The notes below the pieces were generated by a model, which had not been told where the DNA came from, searched no databases, and saw only the letters and a list, made by a program, of their open reading frames with translations. 64,000 nucleotides of DNA from Armatimonadota bacterium (lineage in GTDB: Bacteria > Armatimonadota > SYMT01). The position numbers were made by a program, and so were the translations under genes. Position 1 is the stretch's first letter. Every line of letters begins with the position of its first letter. Of the stretch, positions 20,662-30,214 are shown piece after piece. The stretch spans positions 160,001-224,000 of the forward strand of contig JBKBRF010000004.1 of the NCBI GenBank assembly GCA_046292385.1, given 5' to 3'.

Positions 20662-21878
20662 TCCGCGCCTCCGGTGGCGAGTGCCGCAGCCGGAGCGGCC
20701 TCCGGGTGCCAGGCGCGGGACTTGACCGTCACGAGAGCCAGGCAGAAGAGCGCGTAGCCGGCGGCGAGCAAAAAGCCGAGCGTGAAGCTGCCGCTGGCGC
20801 CCTTCACCGCGCCCAGGAGCGACGGCAGGAAGAAGCCGCCGGCGCCTCCCGCCGCGCCGACCAGCCCCGTCAGCACCCCGACCTCCCGGGGAAAGCGCTG
20901 CGGCACGAGCTGGAAGACCGCGCCGTTGCCCATCCCGAGCAGCGCCATCAGCAGGAAGAAGAGCACCGTTACCAGCGCGACCGGCGGCAGGGTGGCGATC
21001 CCGAGCGCCAGCAGCACCACGCCACCCAGCAGGAGCTGCAGCATCCGCGAGCCGCCCAGGCGGTCCGACAGGTAGCCGCCCACCGGCCGCAGGAAGCTCC
21101 CCGAGAGCACGCAGAGGGTGGTCAGGTCGCCGCTGGTGATGCGGGAGACGGCGTACTGGTCGCGGAAGAAGGTGGAGAGGAAACTCGCCAGCCCGACGAA
21201 GCCGCCGAACGTAAGGCTGTAGAGCAGGCAGAACCAGACTGCGTCCGCCTGCTTCAACACGCCGAGGTAGTCGGCCGCGCTCTTGGGGACCGCGGTTCCG
21301 GGCCGGTCCTTCGCCAGCAGCACGAACAGAACCAGCACCGCGAGCAGCGGGAGCGTTACGAGCGCGAAGACCGGCTTCCACCCGCCCAGCCACTCCGCCA
21401 GCCGCGGCGCGAAGAGCGTCGCCAGCAGCGTGCCGCTGTTCCCCGCGCCGGCGATCCCCATCGCCAGCCCCTGGTGCTCCGGCGGATACCAGCGGCTCGC
21501 CAGCGGCAGCGCCACCGCGAAGCTGGCGCCTGCCACGCCGAGCAGCAGCCCCACCAGGTACAGCTGCGGCAGCGACTCGGCCCAGAGCCAGCCGAGCAGG
21601 AGCGGGAGCAGCGTGAGCAGCATTCCGGCGATGCCGACCCGCCGCCCGCCGAGCCGGTCGGCCAGCGGCCCCAGGAACAGGCGGAAGAGCGAGCCGCCCA
21701 GGAGCGGGATCGCCGTGAGCAGACCCTTCTCCGCCGGGCTCAGCTTTAGGTCGTCCGCGATGAAGACGGCGAGCGGCCCCAGCAGGACCCAGATCATGAA
21801 GCTGACGTCGAAGTAGAGAAAGGCGCTGAGCAGCGTGGGGGGATGTCCGCTGCGCGCGAATTCGCGAAGGTGACCCAT
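20658..21878 (-). CDS. narK: NarK/NasA-family nitrate/nitrite MFS transporter
   Basis: GASFAVAL, AGAGNSG, TFGGFVG, GNGAVFQLVP; about 12 TM segments; first gene of the operon. Confidence 0.9.
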   Translation of the reverse strand: MGHLREFARSGHPPTLLSAFLYFDVSFMIWVLLGPLAVFIADDLKLSPAEKGLLTAIPLLGGSLFRLFLGPLADRLGGRRVGIAGMLLTLLPLLLGWLWAESLPQLYLVGLLLGVAGASFAVALPLASRWYPPEHQGLAMGIAGAGNSGTLLATLFAPRLAEWLGGWKPVFALVTLPLLAVLVLFVLLAKDRPGTAVPKSAADYLGVLKQADAVWFCLLYSLTFGGFVGLASFLSTFFRDQYAVSRITSGDLTTLCVLSGSFLRPVGGYLSDRLGGSRMLQLLLGGVVLLALGIATLPPVALVTVLFFLLMALLGMGNGAVFQLVPQRFPREVGVLTGLVGAAGGAGGFFLPSLLGAVKGASGSFTLGFLLAAGYALFCLALVTVKSRAWHPEAAPAAALATGGAE

Positions 21879-22048
21879 CGGGCTTCTCCCGCCGGAACCG
21901 GGGTAGAGCGGTCCGTCAGAAAGCAAAGGAGGGGCCGTCCAGGGCGTGCTCGTCCACGCGCCGGTCCGGCCCCTCCCGACATTGGAAGGAACGCCTGTCA
22001 CCTCCCGCGCGGCAGCGTCGCCGGATCGCAGGAGCTCGTTACGATTGA

Positions 22049-22102
22049 AGATTACCCGGGGTCTGTTTCGCGGCTGTTAAGCGAGAGTGAAGTCTCGGTT
22101 AC
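22049..22102 (-). promoter_or_regulatory. GlnR-like phased operator plus -10 element for the nitrate operon
   Basis: Minus strand GTAAC-n6-TTCAC-n6-TTAAC-n6-GAAAC with exact 11-bp period, then TAATCT. Confidence 0.65.
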
Positions 22103-22346
22103 CTCCCATCTCACACGAAGTGCGGGGTGACAGAACAACGCAGCACCTCCGCAGCCGCTCTCCGTTGGAGCATGTACCGGGGTGACATGGTAACGAGAGC
22201 GGGTAGACCTGAAGGCCGTTACCTCGTTACCCAGACGTGCCCCGCTGGATGGCGGCTGGCGAGATCCTTCAGCGCCCTCGGAGTGAGTGCTGCTGGTGAG
22301 TGACCGCTCAAGCGGGGTGCCGAGGGTCGTCGGCGGGAGGGGGAGC

Positions 22347-24068
22347 TTAACCCAGCTTCACGATGCCGGCCCGCGCGAGCGACGAGAGCGTGAGCCACGC
22401 GCCGAGGAAGAAGAGCACCGCGCCGCTGACCGCCGGGAGCACGCGGATCCAGCGGCTCTCGCCGGTGAAGCGCGCCATGAAGTCCTTGGCGGTCACCATC
22501 AGCACCCCGAGCGCCACCAGCACCGCCGCCATGCCGACGCTGAACGCGGCAATGATGGCGAGGCCGATCCCGATGCTGCCGAGGTTCACCGCCGCCAGGA
22601 GAATGGCGAGGGCGTCGGTGCAGGGGACGATGCCGCTGGCCACCCCGAGACCGACCACTCCCCAGCGCCCGAACGCGCCCGCCGGCTTGGGCGGGGCGCC
22701 GCGGTAGTCCTCCAGGGGCGCGTCGCGCGGGGGCTGCCGCTCGGCGGAGACGGTCTCTCCCCCCGCCGGCGTCTCCGCCTGCGCGTGGGTGTGACCGGGG
22801 CCGTGTGCGTCTCCGTGCTCGTGAGCATGCCCGTGCGAATGCTCGTGGGCGTGCCCGTGCTCGTGCGAATGGCCGTGCGTGTGCCCGAAGGGGCCGCCGT
22901 GGCTGTGACCGGGCATCGGCTTGAGGCCGTGATAGGCGAGGAGCCCGCGCTGGAAGAGCCAGAAGCCGATGCCGAGCACCAACGCCCCGGAGACGGCGCC
23001 GAGCCAGTGCGCCACCACCTCCGCCTGGATGCGGGTGGTGAGCCAGAGGCAGAGCGCGCCGAGGACGTAGACCATCAGCGTGTGCGTGATCGTGACGGTG
23101 ATGCCGAGCACCACGGCGTCGGTCACGGTCCCGCGGGAGCCGACGAGGTAGGCGGCGACCATCGACTTCCCATGTCCCGGCGTCAACGCGTGGGCGGCGC
23201 CGGCCATGAGCGCCGCGAGCAGGCCGAGCACGATCATCCACGGCGAGAGCGGCTTGCCGAGCAGCCCCTTCACGCCCGACATCTCGCCGCCGTGCTCGTC
23301 CGGCTCCCGCGCCACCAGGATCTTCGTCTCGTCCGGGAAGATCGGGGCGTTGCCGAGGTCGATCCCTTCCAGCGAGCGCGGCCCGGCCGGGGCGTTTCCG
23401 GGTGCGTTGGCGGTGAGCGCCAGGTTGGGGAGGCGGTCGCCCGGCGGCAGCGGCACCGCCATCGAGGGGTTCTGCTCCAGCTTCGTCCCCTCGATCGCGA
23501 AGGTGACTTCCGTGGTGCGGCCGTCCTCCGACATCCGCGGCTCGCTCGCCGCGACACCGGTCGGGTAGACCTGGGCCATCGGGAAGGAGGCGGTGAACTG
23601 CGGGAAGGTGAGGTCCTGCAGCGTCACCTTCGTGCCGGCCCGGGTGAGCTTCGGGAGCGGCGCGCGGAGCCGCAGCTTGATCGGCGCGAAGTCGCCGCCG
23701 AAGAACTGCTGCTTGCTCGGGTACTCGTACGCCTCCAGCTCCGGCCGCGCGAGCTTCTCGCCCACCTTCAGCACCAGCCCGGAGGCGAGGCCGCGGGCGT
23801 GCGCTTCCTGCTCCGCTTCGGAGAGGTCGCCGCTGCCGTCCGCGTCGATCTCGGACCAGACCGCCTGCGCCAGCAGACCGCCGACCTGCGTGGCATGCTG
23901 CAGCGAGACGGCGCCGGGCTCCGCCTCCAGCCAGACGTAGTGGTAGACGATCGCCTCGTCGCCGGGATGCGCCGCTGCCGGGAGCGCCAGGCCAGCCACC
24001 CCGGCTGCCGCCAGCGCCGCGCCGAGCAATGCCACACGCCCCCGCGTTACCACTTCCGTCCACCGCAT
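22347..24068 (-). CDS. RcnA/HoxN-type Ni/Co transporter with extra N-terminal exported domain
   Basis: HALTPGHGKS, His-rich loop, VPCTDA; signal peptide ending AAA-HP; EF-hand-like DADGSGDLSEAE. Confidence 0.85.
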   Translation of the reverse strand: MRWTEVVTRGRVALLGAALAAAGVAGLALPAAAHPGDEAIVYHYVWLEAEPGAVSLQHATQVGGLLAQAVWSEIDADGSGDLSEAEQEAHARGLASGLVLKVGEKLARPELEAYEYPSKQQFFGGDFAPIKLRLRAPLPKLTRAGTKVTLQDLTFPQFTASFPMAQVYPTGVAASEPRMSEDGRTTEVTFAIEGTKLEQNPSMAVPLPPGDRLPNLALTANAPGNAPAGPRSLEGIDLGNAPIFPDETKILVAREPDEHGGEMSGVKGLLGKPLSPWMIVLGLLAALMAGAAHALTPGHGKSMVAAYLVGSRGTVTDAVVLGITVTITHTLMVYVLGALCLWLTTRIQAEVVAHWLGAVSGALVLGIGFWLFQRGLLAYHGLKPMPGHSHGGPFGHTHGHSHEHGHAHEHSHGHAHEHGDAHGPGHTHAQAETPAGGETVSAERQPPRDAPLEDYRGAPPKPAGAFGRWGVVGLGVASGIVPCTDALAILLAAVNLGSIGIGLAIIAAFSVGMAAVLVALGVLMVTAKDFMARFTGESRWIRVLPAVSGAVLFFLGAWLTLSSLARAGIVKLG

Positions 24069-24151
24069 CCGGCTGCACTCCCTCACGCTGCGTCCCTGTC
24101 CCGCTACTTATACGTGACGCAGCGGCGTCCCGGCGTCAGAGCTGCAGACTC

Positions 24152-25279
24152 TCATAGATGCTTTCCCAGCCACTCCCAGGCGGTGGGGTCGTGAAACTCG
24201 TGCCCGCCGGGGAAGACGACGAAGCGGAAGTCGTCTCCCCGCCCCAGCTTGCGGTAGTGCTCCGCCACCTGCGGCGCCAGTGTCTTGCCCATCTCCCGGT
24301 GCGTGGCGTTGTCCGTCGCGCCCGCCTGGATCTCCAGCGGGCGCGGGCAGATGAGCGCGCCGAGCTCCGAATCGCGCAGGAGGGTGAAGCGGTCCGGGAA
24401 GCGGAAGTCGCTCGGCACCGAGAGCTCGTCCCGCTCGTACCGGTACTCCTGCACGCCGAAGTAGCAGCTCGAGACCCCGGTCTTGATCCGCGGCTCCAGC
24501 GCCATCGTGACCAGCGTGTAGTAGCCGCCGTACGAGAGGCCGACCATCCCCACGCGCTTCGGGTCGACCTCCGGCCGCTTCAGCAGCACGTCGAGCCCGC
24601 GCGTGATCTTCGCGATCTCCACCGCGGTGAGGCTGGTGCCGACCAGCCGCAGCCGCTCGTCCATCCGGTTGCGGACGTCGGCGGGGTACCCCTCCGCGCG
24701 GAAGAGATGGGTCGGCGCCCAGACCACGTAGCCGCGCTTCACCCCGCCGCGGACCATGTCGTGGTAGTTCGCCCCGCCGTGGAAGAGCGCCACCTCCGGC
24801 GAGCCGCCGCCCCCGTGCATGGAGATCACCAGCGGCGCCCTGCCCTTCAGCCCCTTCGGCACGATGTAGATGCCGGCGGCGTGCACCCCCGGCAGCACCG
24901 GGATCGAGGTCCGGTAGTAGGTCCCGAGAGAGTCCTCACCCAGCCGCGTGAAGGTGGCGGGCTCCGCCTCCGGCTCGCCAGGCGGCGGGTAGCCGATGCT
25001 CTTCGCGAACGCCTCCCGCAGACCCCGGGTCGAGCGCTGGTAGGCGCGGACGGAGGAGTAGTCCGGCTTGAAGACCGCGGCCAGCCGGGAGCGGTCGTTC
25101 TTCAGCCCCGCGATGTAGGCGTCGAGCTCGCGCGCCTGCTCCGTGCGGATCGGGTTCGAGGCGGAGACTTCTTCTTCGTAGTAGGGCGACTTCGGGCGTT
25201 CCTGCGCGGCGCCGGGCTGCAGCGCGGCGGCCGTGCACGCGAGGGCGGCGAGGGTGAGGAGGAGGGTGGGGGTGCGCAT
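24152..25279 (-). CDS. Secreted alpha/beta hydrolase (dienelactone hydrolase / acetyl-xylan-esterase-like)
   Basis: Signal peptide; HGGG; GLSYGG nucleophile elbow; C-terminal GGHEF. Confidence 0.85.
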   Translation of the reverse strand: MRTPTLLLTLAALACTAAALQPGAAQERPKSPYYEEEVSASNPIRTEQARELDAYIAGLKNDRSRLAAVFKPDYSSVRAYQRSTRGLREAFAKSIGYPPPGEPEAEPATFTRLGEDSLGTYYRTSIPVLPGVHAAGIYIVPKGLKGRAPLVISMHGGGGSPEVALFHGGANYHDMVRGGVKRGYVVWAPTHLFRAEGYPADVRNRMDERLRLVGTSLTAVEIAKITRGLDVLLKRPEVDPKRVGMVGLSYGGYYTLVTMALEPRIKTGVSSCYFGVQEYRYERDELSVPSDFRFPDRFTLLRDSELGALICPRPLEIQAGATDNATHREMGKTLAPQVAEHYRKLGRGDDFRFVVFPGGHEFHDPTAWEWLGKHL

Positions 25280-25385
25280 GACGGGGGGTAGTTCTCTCGT
25301 TCCCTGGTGGTTCCCCTCCGGTGCGTTGGTCTTCTTGTTGGTGGGCAGAGGGTCGACTCCGGTGTGGGGTGTTGCTTGTCGATGA

Positions 25386-25666
25386 GCAGCGATGATTCCG
25401 TGGGTCCGACCCGGCGCCCTAGTTCCGGGATTCAGCCCTCCCGCGACGAAGGCCCTCCGCTGGCCCTTTCACACTGCGCTTCGCTCCGTTAGCGGGCCGC
25501 TCCGGGAATTGGTAACGGGGGCGCTCTTCCCGCGCCACTTTCGTGATCTCCCCACCGGCTCTGTTCACGGGCTGAATCCCGGCCCGTCGAGCGACGGCCC
25601 CTGACGCCCAGGGGCCGTCACAGGTGGCGCCCTTCGGAGCTGCCTGCGGCTGCTCCTCCGGACGCC
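25386..25666 (-). repeat. Structured intergenic element, copy C
   Basis: Reverse complement carries the same blocks as A and B; pair CCGGGATTCAGCCC / GGGCTGAATCCCGG. Confidence 0.85.
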
Positions 25667-25879
25667 TGGAGTTCTAGGCTGGGTTTGCGGCGAGAGGGAC
25701 GACTTGCGTACTCCGTCGCCGACATCTACGGGGAGGTCCCCGAAGGGGGCCCCCCATACGGGGGATGAAACTTGGTGCGGTTGTTGCCGCGGTTTCAACC
25801 GCCCGGAAAGCGGGCAGGCTTCCGGCCGTCGTGTCGTCGAACCCCTTTGCGTTGGTTGTCTGCACGAGGGGAGGGCGGC

Positions 25880-26860
25880 GTGGCGGATCGGACGATTGTC
25901 TATGTCGGCACGGTGGGGCAGAGCCTCTGGCGGAGCCTGGACGGGGGGCTTACCTTCGCCCGGGCGAGCGTCGGGGCGCCTTCGAAGTGCGACGTGCGCG
26001 CGCTTCTGGTCCACCGGGACGACTCGCGCTGCCTCCACCTCGGCACGGAAACCGGGCTTTTCGTCTCGCGGGACGGAGCTGACTCGTGGGAGCGGGTGCC
26101 GTCTCCGATGGACGGGATGCGGATCTGGAGCCTGGCGCAGCACCCGCACGATCGGTCGGTCCTACTCGCGGGGACCAGCCCCGCCGGGCTCTACCTGAGC
26201 CGGGACGGCGGCGAGACGTGGCAGGCGCTCGACGCGGGGATGCCGGACCGGTGCGTGAACGGCGCGCCGCTGACGCCGCGGGTCACCTGCATCCTGATCG
26301 ATCCGGAGGACGGCACGTTCTACGCCGGCGTGGAGATCGGCGGACTCCGTCGGAGCCGGGACGGCGGCGAGACCTGGGAGGCGCTGGGGGAGGGGCTCTC
26401 CAGCCAGGATGTCCACGGGCTGGCGGCGGTCGGCACCGGGAAGCGAGTCCTGCTGGCGACTACCAACAACGACGTCAACCGCAGCGACGACCTCGGCGAG
26501 ACCTGGACGCCGCTCCGGGTGGGAGAGCAGCTCCCCTGGCCCTACACCCGCGCCTGCGCCGTGCCGCCGGGAGAGACGGAGACGGTGTGGGTCGGCGCCG
26601 GCAACGGCCCTCCCGGCAGCCAGGGCGGCCTCTACCGCACGCCCGACTTCGGCGCCACGTGGGAGCGGCTCCCGCTGCCGGGCGTCGCCAACAGCACCCT
26701 CTGGAACCTCGGCTTCCGCCCCTCCGACCCGCGCCGCGTCTACGCCACCAGCATCCTCGGTCAGTTCTACCGCACCCTCGACGGCGGCGAGAGCTGGACG
26801 AAGCTCCCCTGGGAGTTCGGAGAGGTGCGGGCAGTCGCGTGGGTGCCGGGCTCGGAGTAA
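25880..26860 (+). CDS. BNR/Asp-box beta-propeller protein
   Basis: Repeated SxDGGxTW motifs; GTG start after GGGGAGG. Confidence 0.85.
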   Translation: MADRTIVYVGTVGQSLWRSLDGGLTFARASVGAPSKCDVRALLVHRDDSRCLHLGTETGLFVSRDGADSWERVPSPMDGMRIWSLAQHPHDRSVLLAGTSPAGLYLSRDGGETWQALDAGMPDRCVNGAPLTPRVTCILIDPEDGTFYAGVEIGGLRRSRDGGETWEALGEGLSSQDVHGLAAVGTGKRVLLATTNNDVNRSDDLGETWTPLRVGEQLPWPYTRACAVPPGETETVWVGAGNGPPGSQGGLYRTPDFGATWERLPLPGVANSTLWNLGFRPSDPRRVYATSILGQFYRTLDGGESWTKLPWEFGEVRAVAWVPGSE

Positions 26861-26932
26861 CCGCGTCGCCTTGCGTCGATCCTGGCTACTCGCCGACGAC
26901 GGACCACAGTCGCCTACTCCGGCGGCGACGCG

Positions 26933-27694
26933 TTACGACTTCCTCGCTATCACAAAGACGCGATCCTCGCTCTCCGGTGTACTGATCGGCGTGGCGAGCT
27001 CTGGCTCGCGAGCGAAGTAGATCGAATACCACCCGCTTTCCTGCAGCAGCACCTCCACGCTTTGCAGATCGAAAGCGGTGTTGAAGAACGTCTCGCTGAA
27101 CCGGTCATAGCGGTGGTCCGAGCCTCGGACAAACCCGCTGATCCGGGCGTAGGCTTTCGACTGCTCCGGGATGTACATCGACCGGCTCACGAGCATCAGC
27201 TCGGCTTCGTCAGTTACGGTGACGCCGGTCCACTTCTCCAGGCGGGCGCGGGTATTCAGATCGAAGATGAAATAGCCGCTCGGCACGAGAGCCTCGGCGA
27301 CGCGCCGCAGGCACGCGCGCAGCTCGTTCTCACCGTCCAGGTGGTTCAGGGAGTCGTACAACGCCACCGCCGCGCCGAACTGTTCGTCCAGGGTGAAATC
27401 GCGGGCGTCCGCGCAAACGAAACGGGCCTGGCTTGCCTCAACGAAGGGGGCCGTGTTCCGCGCCGCATGGCGCAGCATCGCTTCCGATGCGTCGACGCCG
27501 ACCAACCGGTAGCCGCGCTTCAGGGCTTCAATGGAGAACTGGCCGGTCCCACAGCAGAGATCCAGGATCGAGCGGTTCTTCGCGTCAACCGATCTGGCCG
27601 CGAGGAAGTCCAGGACGGCGGGCGCCACGCGCCTGGCGAATCCCGCCCACCGGTTGTCGTAGACTCGCGCGAACACCTCGCCGTACTCTTGCAT
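26933..27694 (-). CDS. Class I SAM-dependent methyltransferase
   Basis: ILDLCCGTG, GVDASEAML, DSLNHL, GYFIFD. Confidence 0.9.
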   Translation of the reverse strand: MQEYGEVFARVYDNRWAGFARRVAPAVLDFLAARSVDAKNRSILDLCCGTGQFSIEALKRGYRLVGVDASEAMLRHAARNTAPFVEASQARFVCADARDFTLDEQFGAAVALYDSLNHLDGENELRACLRRVAEALVPSGYFIFDLNTRARLEKWTGVTVTDEAELMLVSRSMYIPEQSKAYARISGFVRGSDHRYDRFSETFFNTAFDLQSVEVLLQESGWYSIYFAREPELATPISTPESEDRVFVIARKS

Positions 27695-27821
27695 AGGGTG
27701 GTCCTTCCGCTAGGCGGGAGAGGAGCTTTCCGGCTTCCAGTTGTTCTGCCAGGCGCCCGAAGCTACTCTTGACCTTCCGTCAGACTGCTCCCTGCGGCTC
27801 CCTATGCCTCTGCGCCCCTGG

Positions 27822-29111
27822 TCAGCGCCGCCGGCCGGTGCGGCTCTCGTTCAGGATGCTGGCCACCCATCCGCGCCAGCTCTTCGGGAGCGGCTTGCGG
27901 AGCGCCTTTGCGGCTTCTCGCGCGGCGGCGGCGCGCTGGCCTTGGCGCTGGAACACCCACGCGAGCTGGGCCTGCGCGCGCCCACCGGGGTGGCGCAGCT
28001 CGATCGCGCGGTTCAGCGCCTCTTCGGCGCGGGGTAAGTCGCCGGTTCGCGCTAGCGCGAGGCCGAGCGTGTACCAGGGTTCGGGTGATTCAGGTGCGAG
28101 GCGCGCCGCCTCTTCGAGGTGAGGGAGGGCCGCTTCGAAGTCGTTTACCTGGGCGTAGGTTGCGCCGAGGCCTTGCTGCGCGTGGCGGTCGGAGGGATCA
28201 AGCTCGACTGCTGCCCGGTAACATTCAAGGCTCCTGGTGTGCTCGCCGGTCTTTGCGGTCGCGAGGCCGAGGTTCTGAAGGATCCACAGGCGGGTGGAGG
28301 TGTCGATCTTGTCCTCGAGGGCCGCCGCCAGATGAGCAATCGCCGTCCGGTAGTCACCCAGCTCGACGAGTGCGGCTCCAAGCTCTCTCCGGCAGTCCCG
28401 TTCGCTATAGCCGAGCTCTCGCGCGGTTTCGAGCGCGACCTTCGCCCGCGGGTAATCGCCGGCACGGTTAGCCACCGCTCCCAGGGTGTACCACGCCTCG
28501 CCGTCGTCAGGCTGTACCGAGACGGCACTCTCGGCGGCAGGGAGAACGCTGACGGGCAGCCCCCGGCGGAATTGAAGATGCGCGATTTCGGCGAGCACCC
28601 ACGACTTTTCCGGCGTGAGCACGACCGCCTGCTCCAGGTGACGCAAGCGCGCTTCATCGTCCTTCAGGGCTTCGTACGACGCTGCCGCCATGCGGTGGAC
28701 CCAGCTGCGCGTATCGTCATCCGTAGGTAGCGTCAGGGCACGCTCCGCAAACTCGGCTCCTGCCGCCGGATCGCCTGCTTGTCGCGCGAGATTGGCTCTC
28801 CGGCCGAGGCATAGGGCAGTTTCCGGCGCCAGCTCCTCGTAGCGCTCGCGGGCTCGTCGGACGGTTTCCTCGGCCCCGGTCCGGGCAGCGGCCATTCCGA
28901 GGAAGTACCAGACCTGCGCGTTCTCCGGGTCGGCCTCCGCGGCGCGGGAGAGGTGCTCGACCGCCTCGTCGAAACGACCCAGGTGCCCCAGCAGCCACCC
29001 GGCGCGCGCGTTGGCTGCAGGGTCCTCCGGGTGCGCCGCCAGGTGCTTCCGGACGGCCGCCAGCTCTTCTTCCAACGCTTCGGGGTTGGCGGCTCGCTCG
29101 GCAGAGGTCAT
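27822..29111 (-). CDS. Tetratricopeptide-repeat protein
   Basis: Many TPR units (AWYTLG...A...ALE; PWYTLG). Confidence 0.85.
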   Translation of the reverse strand: MTSAERAANPEALEEELAAVRKHLAAHPEDPAANARAGWLLGHLGRFDEAVEHLSRAAEADPENAQVWYFLGMAAARTGAEETVRRARERYEELAPETALCLGRRANLARQAGDPAAGAEFAERALTLPTDDDTRSWVHRMAAASYEALKDDEARLRHLEQAVVLTPEKSWVLAEIAHLQFRRGLPVSVLPAAESAVSVQPDDGEAWYTLGAVANRAGDYPRAKVALETARELGYSERDCRRELGAALVELGDYRTAIAHLAAALEDKIDTSTRLWILQNLGLATAKTGEHTRSLECYRAAVELDPSDRHAQQGLGATYAQVNDFEAALPHLEEAARLAPESPEPWYTLGLALARTGDLPRAEEALNRAIELRHPGGRAQAQLAWVFQRQGQRAAAAREAAKALRKPLPKSWRGWVASILNESRTGRRR

Positions 29112-29210
29112 AGCTTCCTCAACGGAGAGCATGGCGTGTCGGATACGTACGAGTGCGGCGACCAACCCCAGATTAGGGAGGGAGTGATCAGACTTCGAGC
29201 GCAGCGCATC

Positions 29211-29693
29211 TCAGCCGAGGGGCTTCGTCATGAAAACGAACGCAAGCACGAGGCGCGCCCCGAGTGGGTGGAGGACCTCGTGCTCGATGCGGTACCCCGA
29301 CTGCTCGTAGAACGGCACCGCATTCAGCGAAGCATCCAGGTGCAGCCGCTCAAGTCCGGCGGTTCGAGCCCGCTCTTCCAGGGTCCGCAGCAATCGCGTG
29401 CCGATTCCACGCCGCGTCCACGCCGGCTGGACGTAGACGGCTTCTACCTCCCGCGTCTCCGGCTCGAGCTGCCCGAACCCGACCACGGTTCCATTCGCGT
29501 CTTCGGCCGCCACAATCCGTCCTTTTCGGATGGACGCGTGGTAGCTCTCGGGGGTGCGGCGCCCGACCCAGACTTCGATCTGCTCCGGGGAATAGTGCTC
29601 CCGAGCCCCGTGGCGAATCGCCGCGGCACGCAGCTGCCAGAGCCCGAGAGCATCGTCTTCTATCGCGGGGCGGATGCGCGCGGAGTCGTCCAT
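29211..29693 (-). CDS. GNAT acetyltransferase
   Basis: AVYVQPAWTRRGIG acetyl-CoA motif; ASLNAVPFYE. Confidence 0.9.
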   Translation of the reverse strand: MDDSARIRPAIEDDALGLWQLRAAAIRHGAREHYSPEQIEVWVGRRTPESYHASIRKGRIVAAEDANGTVVGFGQLEPETREVEAVYVQPAWTRRGIGTRLLRTLEERARTAGLERLHLDASLNAVPFYEQSGYRIEHEVLHPLGARLVLAFVFMTKPLG

Positions 29694-29767
29694 TCGATTG
29701 AGTTCCGTCGCTCTACGGAATCAGCGTGGTACTCTCGCACCGGCTTAAGCGAAGGCACGGGCCCGGC

Positions 29768-30157
29768 TCATCCGGGGCGGCAGTTCCCTTCTTCGTCCCG
29801 GTACCGCCAGCTGAGCCAGTCCGCACGGAAGATCGGGGCGATGCAGATCTGGCGCCGAGAGCCGTCGGGCGCTTCCGTCCGCCAGAGGCCCGAATGGGTC
29901 ACGTCGTGGAACTCATCGAACTCGGACGCGTCGGCGCTCATATCATCCGCCTCCGAGCGGGCGGTCCAGTCGCGGCAGAAGGTGACGTAGGCTCGAACCC
30001 GTCGCTCCAGCTCGCTGCTCGGCTGGGTCGCGCGTTGCCGGTAGTCACCGTACCAGGTGTCGTCGCTCGCCTAGACGCCGGAGACTTCCGCCACCAGGAG
30101 GTCTCCGTACCGGATCGAGAGCGAGTCAAAGTGGGTTTGCGTCAGATCCGGTTGCAT
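29768..30157 (-). pseudogene. Small hypothetical gene (129 codons) interrupted by an in-frame TAG at codon 29
   Basis: GGAGG then ATG at 30157; MQPDLTQTHFDSLSIRYGDLLVAEVSGV*ASDDTWYGDYRQ...ADWLSWRYRDEEGNCRPG; frame stays open to TGA at 29768. Confidence 0.65.
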
Positions 30158-30214
30158 GCTCGGCGCCTCCCTATCGTGCCGGATTCGGACCCGGACCGCC
30201 CGCGTCCACGCAGT

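Noticed and set aside
22810..22885. 12-bp periodic repeat
   Set aside because: Encodes the His-rich loop of the Ni/Co transporter
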